IMG/VR virus record: IMGVR_UViG_3300021962_000290
Span: 1-36,633 of that record
Origin: a virus
Taxonomy: Duplodnaviria; Caudoviricetes
DNA: 36,633 bases
Reading direction: 5' to 3' (one strand)
Below are positions 7,697-18,381 of the stretch, piece after piece. A model generated the notes under the pieces. That model worked only from the letters and a program-made list of their open reading frames with translations, was not told the origin of the DNA and ran no database searches. The translations under genes and the position numbers were made by a program. The first letter of the stretch is position 1, and each line of letters starts with the position of its first letter.

Positions 7697-8974
7697 TTAA
7701 ACGATTGTACCACCGTCAACAATTCCACCAGTGATATTCACGTTAGTGGAAGCCTGAGTTGCCATAGTCCCCAGGCCCAGGTTTGTACGAGCAGTTGCCG
7801 CACTAGCTAGGTCAGAAAGATTATTAGCAATTGTTAGGAATGATCCACCGGATACATAGGCAATTACCCATGCCGATCCAGTATAGACTTTCATTCCAGA
7901 AATGGTTGTATTGAAATACAGAGAGCCAGCAACCAAAGCATTTCCATCGTTGTCCAGGGTAGGATCGCTGGACTTGGCTCCCAAATATCTGTCATCAAAA
8001 TTGTCATACGCCAGGAGCGTTGCATCCCTGGCAGCTTCTGCCGCGACCTGGGCAGCAGCCGCATCACTTGCAGAACTGGCAGCATTTGCTGCTTCAGTCG
8101 GAGCAGCTTGAATTGCCGCCAGATTATCGTAAGCTGTTTTTAGATAACCATCAGGGGCGGCAGATGGCAAAGTTGCAGCATCAACAATTGTTCCAAAGTC
8201 ATAGCTAAAACTGGTTCCAGCCAGGTCAGCACTGATTGTCTGGATGCCAGACAAGTTATCAATGGCAGTATTTATGTCTGCAATATTAGTTGCAACAGTC
8301 GTTACATTTGCATTATTAGTAGCAACTGTGTTTATGTTTGCAGCGTTTCCAGCAACAGCAGTAACACTTGAATTTATTGCAGCAACAGTATTTACGCTAG
8401 AAATGCTTGTCGAAACAGTGTTTACGCTGGCAATATTAGAAGATACGGTTCTAATATTTGCAATATTGGTTGCAACGGTATCAACGTCTGCAATCAATGG
8501 CCCCTGAGTTGGATTACCAGTAGTCTCATGGAAAGCCATCACACGACCAAGACGGTTCGCCTTGGTTGGCAGCGTCATATCGACGTTGGTTGGGTCAGTG
8601 ACAGGGGTTTTTATTGAACGATTTGCTTTCTCATCCGTTTGCTGAAGCAGGATCGTTGCGGAATCCAGTTCATCATTCAGAGAGTTGGCGAACAGGTCAC
8701 CGCCAGTCACGAAGTCTGTCGTGCGCTGGATTGCTCTGGTTCCATAAATGGTGATCGTATCTGCGCTGGTTGCAGCAGACACAAGCGTCACAGAGCCAGT
8801 GCCGTTGGAGTTGATCGTTACGGTGTAATCCGTGGTCAACGTCAGCAGCGTGCTGTTCTTGTAAACAGCAATATCGGTATTGGCAAGAATCTCAAATGTA
8901 AATGAGTACGGACCAACACCAGCACTGCCAGTGTACTGGACTCGTCTGGATACGTTTGAAATCGGGTAAGCCAT
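7697..8974 (-). CDS. Tail fibre/spike protein
   Basis: T7 gp17-like N-terminal attachment region (GPYSFTF...DIAVY...TDYTV), (V/I)NTVAxNI repeats, FDDRYLGAK...PTLDNDG motif. Confidence 0.8.
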   Translation of the reverse strand: MAYPISNVSRRVQYTGSAGVGPYSFTFEILANTDIAVYKNSTLLTLTTDYTVTINSNGTGSVTLVSAATSADTITIYGTRAIQRTTDFVTGGDLFANSLNDELDSATILLQQTDEKANRSIKTPVTDPTNVDMTLPTKANRLGRVMAFHETTGNPTQGPLIADVDTVATNIANIRTVSSNIASVNTVSTSISSVNTVAAINSSVTAVAGNAANINTVATNNANVTTVATNIADINTAIDNLSGIQTISADLAGTSFSYDFGTIVDAATLPSAAPDGYLKTAYDNLAAIQAAPTEAANAASSASDAAAAQVAAEAARDATLLAYDNFDDRYLGAKSSDPTLDNDGNALVAGSLYFNTTISGMKVYTGSAWVIAYVSGGSFLTIANNLSDLASAATARTNLGLGTMATQASTNVNITGGIVDGGTIV

Positions 8975-11931
8975 TACCTTGCTCCTTTGCCAAATTCTTT
9001 CAGGCGTTGCGCTTTATCTCGGATACGTTGCTGGATGTCAGTCGCATAAAGACTGTCATTCGCCAGAATCTTTCTGGCATCCTCAAAGGTGTCACTGAAC
9101 ACAGAACTAATCATGTTCTGATAACGTATCAGATCACTACGACCAGCATCTTGCTTGATCAAGTCAACCACGGCAGTGACACGCTTTTCGAGTTCCAGCG
9201 CACCATTGGCAATACGCAGCATTTCGTTGTATTCCTCAGAGGTCAACTTGGTGCTGGAGTTGATTCCAGTGTCAGGGTCTTTCATGGACAACTGACGACC
9301 CGGCATGGCAATGTTTGCATTCAACTGGATCAAAGCCTGGTCAACCTCATTCTGCTTTCCAGCCTTCATGCGAAGTGGTGACCATGAGAACTCATGCTGG
9401 ACAGGCTCAGACCAGATGTTGAGCATGGGAGGTAGGTCTTGAGACAAGCCAGGAGTCTCGCTTCTCCACTTGTTCAAAGCATCCATCACACCCTTGATGC
9501 CAGCACCAAGATTGGGATCGGCTTGATAGTCTCGACGCAGGGGATCGACCTTTTCCTTGGTGCTGGTGATAAAGCCACTCAAAGGCTCAACCGACTTGAG
9601 TGCAGTGGTCGTTCCAATCTTTGCAATACCGTTGATGATATTGACCATATGCTCTCGGCTGTTTGGCACATTACCACCAATCAATGAGGCAATGTTTCCG
9701 ACACCAGTCAGGAACGGATGCTCAAGCATATAGTTGGCAACGCCAAACACCGCCCCACCAACATAGGCATTCAGGCGACTGTCGTCCTGTTCATACCGAG
9801 CATAGTCAACATAATCGGCTCCGATGGCCATAAGAGCACCAATGGGTTCCAAACCCTGATAGGACAAGAACACCTTGCCAGCATAATCGCCAGAACCAAA
9901 TCGAACACTACCAGGATGCAGTTGAATAACATCTTTTGTGTCTTCTTTTATATTGCTAATGTCAACCACAAAGCTGTACGGTTGCCAGCCCTGGCGTTCC
10001 ATTGCCTGTCTGGTTCCCTTGTCGCCGGGGCCAGAACCAGTGATGGTTCCATTGGTTGCCAATTGCGAGAAACTGTAGATGGCTGCGCTGGACATTCCAA
10101 CTTTTGCCATCGCCATGTCAGCCTCTTTGCCGCCAGCCGCAATATTTGAGTAGAAAGATTTTGTCGCAAACGCCAGAGGGGTACGCGAAACAACCTCACC
10201 CATCACGTTGACAGGCGTTGAGATAAACGGCATCTGGGTACGCAAGGCAAACCCGGTAGCACTGTTCGGATTCATTGAGGCTTGCATCTCCCCAATGGTT
10301 CCTGTTAGCTTTTGGGTAAACGTACCAACCTCTGCAAGACCAGTAATGTAGTCAGGCGGGTTTAGCGTGAACTGATCAATTGCGTCAGACTGCGCCTTGA
10401 GTGCGGTAGGAATATCACCGCCAGCCTTCAGCGCATCGTCGTATGCGCGAATGCCAACACGAGTCGTTTCTGCTGCCAACTCATAGGTGTAGTTCACACC
10501 CTTGAAGAACTCGTCAGCAGACATCAAGCTACGACCAGGCAGAGTCGTAACAAAGTTGATTGCCTTGATGCTGTTACTCAGCAAAGAACCGTCATCTTTG
10601 AAGTTGATCAGGTCCATCCTGGCTTGCTGCCGAGCAATCTTGGTCGGATCAGTCCAGCCTTTTGGCACACCATTGTTGAAAGCATAAGCCATCAACTCAA
10701 GACCATTCTTGACTGCAAGCTGAGTAGATGCCAACATGGTCGGCACTTCCATCAGCGAATAAGCATCATCAGCGCCAATACCAAGACCTTGACGCAATGA
10801 ACCTGCGGCTGCGGCAGTCGTGCGCTCTGCCATGCGGTACGGCAGGAAGATGGTGTTGCTCAGTGCGTTCTTGATCTGAGTTCCAGGCCGGGACAATATG
10901 CCGTTCACATATACAGTGAATAGCTTTTCCCAAGGATTGCCTTGAGCCATTCCCTTGATGAGTTCTGCCTTACCTTCAGGAGTCTTCAGGTTGTTGTAGG
11001 CTTGCGCGAACTTGACAATATCAGTCTCGTTGCCAAAGTTCTCCAGGATCGTAGAAATATCCACAGCGCCATCTCGCGGCATACGCATGACAGCCAGAGA
11101 TTGAGCCACATTGGTCTGGTAACCCTTGACACTTTGTTGGAGCAGGTTGTGGAAATGGATGGTCTGTGCCATCTCTGCCAACTCGGTAGGAGTTGCGGTT
11201 CCATCAGCAACCTTGGCAGCAAGTCCATCTAAGTGTTCTGCACTTGCAACCTGCACCTTGAACATCTTTATCATGTTCTGAGGATTTATATCCATCTTCT
11301 TGCTGACAAGATCATCTATGAACTTGATGCCAGCACCAGATTGCTCGGCCCAATGCCTGACTTCCTCATCAATGCTTTTAAATGTAATCTTTTCAGTTTT
11401 TAAATCCTGCATCCGAGCCATCGTTTCCACGGTGGTCTTGATGGATTCAGTGGTATCCATCACTGGAAGATTGAATGCAGTAACTGGAGGCTTTTCTAGA
11501 GCAGGGTCAGTCGTCGCTCTCAAGTCGGCAACGTCCTTGCGCTCAGACGAGAATGCTTGCGGAGTGATCTCAGGCTTTTTACTAGCTTCAATCTTGGCGG
11601 CAATTTTTGCCGTTGTCGGACTGTCGGTAATACCAGATGCAACAGCGGCTTTAGCGGTGTCATTTGCCACAGCCGCAGTTGCTGCTTCAGGAGTTACGGC
11701 AGGAGTCTTAGGAGCGCGAATATCGACCTTGGTGAGCCTTTTGAGAACCTCGCTAGTCAACCCTCCAGCAACCTGGAAGTCAGGCTCCAGCGCCATTTCC
11801 CCGGTAGTCTGACCTACCTGCTGGACATCCTGATCAGAAGACGGCAAGACCGTTCCCTCGGAACCCTGCTCAAAGTCAGCGGCAGATTGAGCGATCTTGT
11901 CTAGTTTCTGATCAAGTGGTTGGATAGCCAT
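8974..11931 (-). CDS. Large internal virion/DNA ejection protein
   Basis: 985 aa helical protein in the T7 gp16-equivalent position. Confidence 0.75.
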   Translation of the reverse strand: MAIQPLDQKLDKIAQSAADFEQGSEGTVLPSSDQDVQQVGQTTGEMALEPDFQVAGGLTSEVLKRLTKVDIRAPKTPAVTPEAATAAVANDTAKAAVASGITDSPTTAKIAAKIEASKKPEITPQAFSSERKDVADLRATTDPALEKPPVTAFNLPVMDTTESIKTTVETMARMQDLKTEKITFKSIDEEVRHWAEQSGAGIKFIDDLVSKKMDINPQNMIKMFKVQVASAEHLDGLAAKVADGTATPTELAEMAQTIHFHNLLQQSVKGYQTNVAQSLAVMRMPRDGAVDISTILENFGNETDIVKFAQAYNNLKTPEGKAELIKGMAQGNPWEKLFTVYVNGILSRPGTQIKNALSNTIFLPYRMAERTTAAAAGSLRQGLGIGADDAYSLMEVPTMLASTQLAVKNGLELMAYAFNNGVPKGWTDPTKIARQQARMDLINFKDDGSLLSNSIKAINFVTTLPGRSLMSADEFFKGVNYTYELAAETTRVGIRAYDDALKAGGDIPTALKAQSDAIDQFTLNPPDYITGLAEVGTFTQKLTGTIGEMQASMNPNSATGFALRTQMPFISTPVNVMGEVVSRTPLAFATKSFYSNIAAGGKEADMAMAKVGMSSAAIYSFSQLATNGTITGSGPGDKGTRQAMERQGWQPYSFVVDISNIKEDTKDVIQLHPGSVRFGSGDYAGKVFLSYQGLEPIGALMAIGADYVDYARYEQDDSRLNAYVGGAVFGVANYMLEHPFLTGVGNIASLIGGNVPNSREHMVNIINGIAKIGTTTALKSVEPLSGFITSTKEKVDPLRRDYQADPNLGAGIKGVMDALNKWRSETPGLSQDLPPMLNIWSEPVQHEFSWSPLRMKAGKQNEVDQALIQLNANIAMPGRQLSMKDPDTGINSSTKLTSEEYNEMLRIANGALELEKRVTAVVDLIKQDAGRSDLIRYQNMISSVFSDTFEDARKILANDSLYATDIQQRIRDKAQRLKEFGKGAR

Positions 11932-13178
11932 TATTTAGGCTCCTGCTGAGATGTTGCCATTGTACCTGCGCCAGAACCAACTCCAACAACACCAGCACCA
12001 TGAAGGATACGAGGATCGTTAGGATTCCATGTGCCTTTATTGAAAACTGATTTTATTTGTTCTGGCTTGTAAACGCCAAGATTTTTTACGTCATTTTCTT
12101 TGACATAAAAAGAATCAAACCCAAGAGATTTGATTGCGTCTTGAATTTCTTTGCGCTCAATAACTGTCCAGTTGCTTTTGTTTTCAACATTCATTCCAGC
12201 GTCAAGAACTTCTGCATCGTATAACGTAGGATTGTTGTCTTCAAATAATGCAACTTTCCCATCAGGTCTAGGACTCCCATACTTTTGTAAAGCAAAATCA
12301 ATCACCATCTTTCGATGTTCAGGATTTTCATAGTCAAATGGATTTTCAGCTTTAAGATATACAGGAATAATGTTTGGGTTGACCCATCCCATTTCTGCTG
12401 CTTGTTCTGCGATTGCTGGGTTTGGGCCAGATCGTGCAGTCAATCCTTCTGCAAAACTTGGTTTATCAGTAAAGAACATTGCACCTGCTGTACCAGGCTT
12501 AAATTCTTCAAAATCCATTGCTGTGCCGTGATACCAAACTTGAGGATTCCCGACATCATCGACTACCTGACTTGTCCCAAACCATTTTTTAAATGATGGT
12601 TTCGTAATATCTCCAGCAGAAAGCACTTCAACATCTGGAGTTAACTTTGCTCCTTTTGCAGTCAATCCAACAGGCATATTCTTCAAGGCTTTTGCGCCTG
12701 CCTTAACAGCCTTGTACTGACCACCTGGTGCAATAGTTTCACCAAGAGTTTCAAATGTTTTAACCCCTGGAACCTCACCGACATTGGTATCAAGCCACTT
12801 CTTCACTTCCTCAGTGGTCGGCAGGATGGTTTCTTTTTTCAGCCCATTGATGAACGCATCAAACGCACCCTCATCTGCACGACGAGTCAGCAGTTCTTTG
12901 GCCCCATAAACCAGAGCCTCCAGTTCACCAGGCAATCCCAAGAATCCCTGAGTCACACCCTTGAGAGCAGACGCACCCATGTTCAGCAAGCCCATTGCAG
13001 GCTCGGTAACGTCAGACATGGTAGGGCCAGTCATTGGCCTGCCAGTGCGGGGATGCCTTGCTTGAGCCAGTAAGACATCACCTTCCTGATAACCAGGAGG
13101 CATGGCTTGCTGATCGACATCTGGCTCGGGATAGACCACGCTATCCCAATTCTGTCTCAGTTCTTTTTCGATGCTCAT
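11931..13178 (-). CDS. Internal virion protein with ART-PolyVal-like ADP-ribosyltransferase-fold domain
   Basis: FKKWFG-x-S-x-VVD-xx-GNPQVWYHGT, AMFFT, PVYLKAENP, KPEQIKS motifs; lies in the ejection-protein block. Confidence 0.7.
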   Translation of the reverse strand: MSIEKELRQNWDSVVYPEPDVDQQAMPPGYQEGDVLLAQARHPRTGRPMTGPTMSDVTEPAMGLLNMGASALKGVTQGFLGLPGELEALVYGAKELLTRRADEGAFDAFINGLKKETILPTTEEVKKWLDTNVGEVPGVKTFETLGETIAPGGQYKAVKAGAKALKNMPVGLTAKGAKLTPDVEVLSAGDITKPSFKKWFGTSQVVDDVGNPQVWYHGTAMDFEEFKPGTAGAMFFTDKPSFAEGLTARSGPNPAIAEQAAEMGWVNPNIIPVYLKAENPFDYENPEHRKMVIDFALQKYGSPRPDGKVALFEDNNPTLYDAEVLDAGMNVENKSNWTVIERKEIQDAIKSLGFDSFYVKENDVKNLGVYKPEQIKSVFNKGTWNPNDPRILHGAGVVGVGSGAGTMATSQQEPK

Positions 13179-13181
13179 GGA

Positions 13182-14894
13182 TCACCTAAGATTCTTGTTG
13201 TAGATGTCTTGCTGTTGCTTCAAGCGACGAGCAGTCTCAGAATCTATGCCTTTGATCTTGCTGAAATCTATTTGCTCAAGTGGCAGGTTAGGCTTCACAA
13301 GATTAGGATTCTTTTCAAACACAGAGTTAATTGCTTTTGTAGCAGCATCACGAGCCTTCTGTGCATCTGCAACTAACTTGTCCGAGTTGTACCGTGTGAT
13401 TGCGTTTTGCTTGGCTTGCTCTGGCGTTTGAAATGTCATAACACCCTGGTCGTTTGGAGCCTTCTTGCCAAGTTCCTCGGTAAACAAGTCAATCAATGCC
13501 TGCTTTTTCTTGAGTTTCTCCAGACCAGGATCAATGAATGCGCTGGTAATACCAGCCTCAATCGTCAGATCGCTGATAGCCTTCTGATGGCCCTTATCCA
13601 CCAGTGAGCGAGTCAATGTATGGAACTCACCCTCAGACAGACTTCTGGAAAACTGAGTCAGTTCGCCAACATTCTTGTACTGACCACGCACAACACCGTC
13701 ATAGATTTGTGCAAACAGAACAGGATTGGCTTCTGGCTTTGGAGGTTTGGTAAATGCAATCGCCTGGTCAGCAGTCATCTGCTCAAGGTCAATGCCCATT
13801 GCCGCAATCTCAATCTTGCGTTTTTGCGTTGTATTGGGATTTAGCATCTCAAGCACAAATGGCTTGAACTTGTCTTTGTTTGCAGACTTTGTTTCAGCCT
13901 CAGTAATCTTACGCAGAGACTCAATGTCAGAATAAGATTTGATCACAGTCTCGCGCAGTTTGTCTTTTGCCTCTTGCGTGAGGTTGCCAAGCAAAGGAGT
14001 CAGGTTTCCTGCATCCCCGGCAAGCAACTTCTGAGCAGCAACACCAGCATTAGGCGCAAATGTGCGGTCAGTCATCTGACCAACCAACGCACCAATCTTT
14101 GCATTCTCAACAATCTTGTAGGCTTCCAGAGCGTACTTGTTGCCACCAGCCATGCGAATACTGGTTGCGCTGGTGTACGGAGAGATCATGTTTTGCAGGA
14201 CTTGCTCTAGCTTATCCATTGGCAAGCCAGGCCGCATCTGACCAGTGTCAGGATCAACACCAGGCTGAAGATATGCCTTGATCACGCTTTCAATCGGAGC
14301 GCGAACTTTTTGCAAAGACTGTTCAATCTCCGCAATGTAGGTAGCCTGACGAGCCTTCTCGTCAAACACCAGAGCCTGCTTGTATGCAGCATGGCCCACC
14401 GTGGACATCTGAGCCTTGAAACGGATAGATGTCTCAGGATCAAGCGAGGTCAGTACAGCAGTTGTGCCATCAATGTCGTCGCGCAAGTCCTTTTGGAACT
14501 GCACTGGATCAATGACTTCACCTCGCTCCATACGCATCAGACGGTCAGCCTGACGGTTCTGGAACTGCGTCATCAACTCACTGCCAAGAATGTGGGCAGA
14601 GGCTTTGTTGTAAGTATCCTGGAAGATACGACCAGCACCCTCGACCTTTGGCATCACGCCAGTTTGCTTGGCTAGTTCCAGTTGCTCTTGAGTAGGCGGG
14701 AACTCAACTGCGTATTTCAGTGCAGCTTTCTCAGCCTCTCGTGCAGCCTGATTCTGGAAGAACGATGTCATCCGATCAATCTGAGCGCCAATGTCAGCGT
14801 ATCCCTGCGCCCGGACTTGTTGCGGGGCGGTGGAGATTCTGGGCAGATCAGCGTACTGAACGCCCATATTTTCATAGCGGGGTAATTCAGGCAT
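13182..14894 (-). CDS. Internal virion/ejection protein (gp15-equivalent position)
   Basis: 570 aa helical ORF; synteny. Confidence 0.7.
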   Translation of the reverse strand: MPELPRYENMGVQYADLPRISTAPQQVRAQGYADIGAQIDRMTSFFQNQAAREAEKAALKYAVEFPPTQEQLELAKQTGVMPKVEGAGRIFQDTYNKASAHILGSELMTQFQNRQADRLMRMERGEVIDPVQFQKDLRDDIDGTTAVLTSLDPETSIRFKAQMSTVGHAAYKQALVFDEKARQATYIAEIEQSLQKVRAPIESVIKAYLQPGVDPDTGQMRPGLPMDKLEQVLQNMISPYTSATSIRMAGGNKYALEAYKIVENAKIGALVGQMTDRTFAPNAGVAAQKLLAGDAGNLTPLLGNLTQEAKDKLRETVIKSYSDIESLRKITEAETKSANKDKFKPFVLEMLNPNTTQKRKIEIAAMGIDLEQMTADQAIAFTKPPKPEANPVLFAQIYDGVVRGQYKNVGELTQFSRSLSEGEFHTLTRSLVDKGHQKAISDLTIEAGITSAFIDPGLEKLKKKQALIDLFTEELGKKAPNDQGVMTFQTPEQAKQNAITRYNSDKLVADAQKARDAATKAINSVFEKNPNLVKPNLPLEQIDFSKIKGIDSETARRLKQQQDIYNKNLR

Positions 14895-14896
14895 TG

Positions 14897-15421
14897 TTAA
14901 CCCCTCATAATAGTTGGATCAGGACGGCTCATGTCCACCACCGGAGCGCCACCCGGAATGCCAGGAATCTTGGTTTGGCCCATCATGGCATAACTCATTC
15001 CAGCACTTCCAATAGCCTTCATCACACCAAATTCCTCGGCAGCACTTGCGCCAGCGTACAAAGACTGAGATTGTGCAAGACCACCCTGTTGAGCAGATGT
15101 GGCGTTTTCAATGCTGATCTCGTACTCTCGACCAGCCTTCTGAGCATTTATCTGGTCAACCGTCAACGGACTTCCAGTAAACGGATCAACGCCACCAGCA
15201 GAGGCACGAGCGCGAAGCGTTGCGCCAAGACGTTGCTGCCTGTTGAAAATCTCATTGGCTTGGCGGTTGTAATTCAAAGCATTCTGGCGACCTTGCAATT
15301 CAGCTTGTTGTGCTTGCAAACGCATTTGCGTTGCTTGCGCTTCAGCCTGCTGCATCTGTGCAGAAGCTGATGCAACAGCACCAACTATCTGAATAACCTC
15401 CATTATTCCAACTGCTTCCAT
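14897..15421 (-). CDS. Internal virion protein (gp14-like)
   Basis: Ala/Gln-rich with RASAGGVD...GSP motif; follows tail tubular B. Confidence 0.75.
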   Translation of the reverse strand: MEAVGIMEVIQIVGAVASASAQMQQAEAQATQMRLQAQQAELQGRQNALNYNRQANEIFNRQQRLGATLRARASAGGVDPFTGSPLTVDQINAQKAGREYEISIENATSAQQGGLAQSQSLYAGASAAEEFGVMKAIGSAGMSYAMMGQTKIPGIPGGAPVVDMSRPDPTIMRG

Positions 15422-17403
15422 TATGTGCCTCCGTACACAGACAGTTTGTACTCAAGACCCAACAGGTTCAACTTGAGAGGCAAATTCTGTGAGATGGTGA
15501 TCTGTCCGTCCTGGTCGTATCCAGAGATGCCAGACACGGTTTTCGTGCCAGTAAACTCGGGCATATCGTTGTCCAGAATGTTCTGTGTATCAAACGTCCG
15601 AATCGGGACCAGGTTGCCGTTGACCAGCAAATGCTGCGTCTTGTACAGAATTGCGTTGACCTCAACCACACGCTTGACAAAACCAGTACGCACACCAGCA
15701 GACAATCGAGGTTCAATCGGCAAGGTCACCAACGTGATCGAGAATGGCAGTCCAACCTCGTAGCTGGTTGTGCTGGCGCGGTCCATTGTGATTGATCCAC
15801 CGCCACTGACAGTCTCGTTTGACAGCACAGAACCGTCAGCAATGACGTTCAATTCCTTGCCAATGTGCGGAAGACCACTGATCGTAGTCGCAACACCGCC
15901 AGTAAATGCACAATCGGTAAACAAACCAGAGTCAAATATCTCAACAAAGTATTTCGTTGTGCCATTGAATGTCCTGGAAACCACGACATAGGTGTCCTCA
16001 ATGTCAACACCAATGTCTTTGAACAGCCCATCCGTTGACAATTTGCTTGGGGCAACCACGTTTTGCTGGCGCAGAACCGAGTAATTAGCAATCGTTCCAT
16101 CGCCATTCAAGATGTACAGTGTGTCTGCCTCGTCGGTGCTGATTGATTTTCTCAATGCCAGTTCGACAGGAGACACTATCAGATGACCAGACAACAAGCT
16201 GATCGACTGGCTGACGTAGGACAGGGTTGTGTCGCTGTACAAGAACTCGTTGAGCGTCTTGCCCTGGCGCTGGATATACAGCGTTCCAGACTGCAATGTG
16301 TGGCAGCGGATACCCTCACGAGAACCGTTGCGGCTGATAGCCTTCACAAAGAAGTTGGTCGGGGTGATAGGTTCCAGACCCTGCTGCGGAACGTAGAACT
16401 CACCGCCGCTGGTGAACACCTGCAAGTCACGACCACTGATGATGTCAATGATCACGTTCAGGCTGTTGGTATCCAGTGTCGCCTCGATAGCATCGTCGTC
16501 ATAGGCTTGATCAGGCTGGAAGTCAAAGAACTGACCAACCTTGCTACCCCAAACGGTAGACGGACGGTTCTTGCTACCACCAAAGTACAGCCGCCCCTCA
16601 TGGAATGTGGCAGTCCGAGGCCAGCCTTTGGTAGACGACCAGACATCCTCGTATCCTGCTTCCAGTTGCCAAGAACCACTGGCAATGGCGCTAGTGTCAA
16701 AGAATGGGATTTCAGTTACAGCACGAACGACAGTGGTGCTTGTATAGGAAACGATCTTTGCTCTGCCTTGTGGATCAACATTGATGTATTGACCTACGTT
16801 TCCAGCACTAAAAACAGCAGACCCTGCGGTCAACGTCACGCTTCCAGAAACAGCAGAAGGAGTCAGTGTTGCGGCAGGATTAGATAACGATGCCGTAAAT
16901 TGATATTTCGGAATACCAACAAACGAGACATTGCTGACAGTCCAGCTTGCATCCGTTGCACCACGAACAATCTTGATCGGGTTGATGTCCTTGTGCGTGA
17001 TGATCAAAGTGTCAGCACTTTGAGTCCAGCACATGGTGGACAAAATAGAACTGGTGATGTTTGTCGTCGTCGCGTAGTCGTTTCCGCTACCGTTGATGTT
17101 TGTGATCAAGGCTTTATTCTTGAACACATACATCCGTTGGTTGGTGAACACTAACATATAGTGATCATCAACGGAGAATTCGAACGGAACACATCGAGTT
17201 CCACTGGCAGGAGATGCCCCGCTAGGAATTTCAAAAATGTGTTTTAAGCCGCCCCTGCGCTTAACCCCACCCTGGGGTTGCACCACCACGTTTGTAAGCG
17301 ATTCTGCGCCGTTCTGGTACTGTTGCAGGTCAACCCTGGCACGCAGCAGAGGGTCGATTTCCCCGCTGGAGAAGTTCGTTTGAATCGAAACAATCCGAGT
17401 CAT
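15421..17403 (-). CDS. Tail tubular protein B (nozzle)
   Basis: QTNFSSGEIDP, GGVKRRGG, GWPRTATFHEGRLYFGG. Confidence 0.9.
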   Translation of the reverse strand: MTRIVSIQTNFSSGEIDPLLRARVDLQQYQNGAESLTNVVVQPQGGVKRRGGLKHIFEIPSGASPASGTRCVPFEFSVDDHYMLVFTNQRMYVFKNKALITNINGSGNDYATTTNITSSILSTMCWTQSADTLIITHKDINPIKIVRGATDASWTVSNVSFVGIPKYQFTASLSNPAATLTPSAVSGSVTLTAGSAVFSAGNVGQYINVDPQGRAKIVSYTSTTVVRAVTEIPFFDTSAIASGSWQLEAGYEDVWSSTKGWPRTATFHEGRLYFGGSKNRPSTVWGSKVGQFFDFQPDQAYDDDAIEATLDTNSLNVIIDIISGRDLQVFTSGGEFYVPQQGLEPITPTNFFVKAISRNGSREGIRCHTLQSGTLYIQRQGKTLNEFLYSDTTLSYVSQSISLLSGHLIVSPVELALRKSISTDEADTLYILNGDGTIANYSVLRQQNVVAPSKLSTDGLFKDIGVDIEDTYVVVSRTFNGTTKYFVEIFDSGLFTDCAFTGGVATTISGLPHIGKELNVIADGSVLSNETVSGGGSITMDRASTTSYEVGLPFSITLVTLPIEPRLSAGVRTGFVKRVVEVNAILYKTQHLLVNGNLVPIRTFDTQNILDNDMPEFTGTKTVSGISGYDQDGQITISQNLPLKLNLLGLEYKLSVYGGT

Positions 17404-18017
17404 CAGTACCTCACTGCGACCAGGCTGAAGTCTTCAAACGCTTGCGTTGTATTGCCCTGCCCATCAATGACCATTGCAGTGCGGAAATAACCACCACGGT
17501 TATTCTCACCCGGAGAACCGACTGCGACAGACTGCCAGTATTGGGCCTTGGCTTCCTGGTCTGTCATGGGGGTTGCCAGATGCCAGCACATCATGTACTT
17601 CAGCAACTGGATGAAATAAGAAGGCATCTCCGATTCTGTCGGCAGATACTGGTAGTCAATGACCACCGTTTCCTCGTTGGTCAACAGCTTGTCGCCCTGA
17701 ATCGTCCACTGGCTGAACGTCCTCGCACCAACGGCAGAACTGTTGAATGCTCTCCTGATAGTTCCAAGACGGTCAGAAGGTAGCTGGTATTCGTATTTGT
17801 ATTCGTTGACAGGCGTTGTAGTCGTCTGTGCCAATACAACTTTCTTAAACGTAAAACTCCAGGGGAAAGACTGGAGCGTTGACTTCTTAACACCAGGGTA
17901 GATGCGGTCACAGAGATTGGATGCGTCAGTGCCTTCATTGAATGAAGAAATTGCCTTCTGCCCAATCATCAGCAAGGCATCAGAGCAAACGCGAATATCT
18001 GTATCACCAGCAGCCAT
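17403..18017 (-). CDS. Tail tubular protein A (adaptor)
   Basis: VCSDALLMIG...ISSF, PWSFTFKKVVL, YQLPSD. Confidence 0.9.
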   Translation of the reverse strand: MAAGDTDIRVCSDALLMIGQKAISSFNEGTDASNLCDRIYPGVKKSTLQSFPWSFTFKKVVLAQTTTTPVNEYKYEYQLPSDRLGTIRRAFNSSAVGARTFSQWTIQGDKLLTNEETVVIDYQYLPTESEMPSYFIQLLKYMMCWHLATPMTDQEAKAQYWQSVAVGSPGENNRGGYFRTAMVIDGQGNTTQAFEDFSLVAVRY

Positions 18018-18039
18018 GTGTCACCTCAAATGTAAGAAT

Positions 18040-18069
18040 GGCCTGCCACCAGAAGTCCAGTAGCAGGCC
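18040..18069 (-). terminator. Hairpin after capsid genes, possible terminator or processing site
   Basis: GGCCTGCTACTGG-ACTT-CTGGTGGCAGGCC followed only by ATTCTT. Confidence 0.4.
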
Positions 18070-18087
18070 GATTCACTTGGTTACCGA

Positions 18088-18369
18088 TTAGTCAGTATCG
18101 GTAGCGGTAACAGTCACACCGTCAGTGATGTCAACCACGCCAGAAGCGTTGCTGACCACATAAGCGGTAGACATGACGGGAGTGCCGCCAGTTGCGCTGT
18201 AACAGAAAATGATGTCGCCAACTTTCAACACCGAAGACACGCTGTTGAAGTAGCCAGAGACACGAATCACTGATTGAGCGTCTGCGCTGGAGTAAGTCCA
18301 GATGGCGGGAGCATTGCCCGACTTGGACTGACCACCAACAGCATTAAAGCCAGTTGCGGAAAAAGCCAT
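18088..18369 (-). CDS. Small capsid-associated (decoration-like) protein
   Basis: Directly after major capsid gene; SGYFN...LKVGDII; AAGGAG RBS. Confidence 0.7.
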   Translation of the reverse strand: MAFSATGFNAVGGQSKSGNAPAIWTYSSADAQSVIRVSGYFNSVSSVLKVGDIIFCYSATGGTPVMSTAYVVSNASGVVDITDGVTVTATDTD

Positions 18370-18381
18370 GATATGTACTCC

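Noticed and set aside
8260-8480. 27-30 bp quasi-periodic repeats
   Set aside because: Explained by (V/I)NTVAxNI peptide repeats in the fibre shaft
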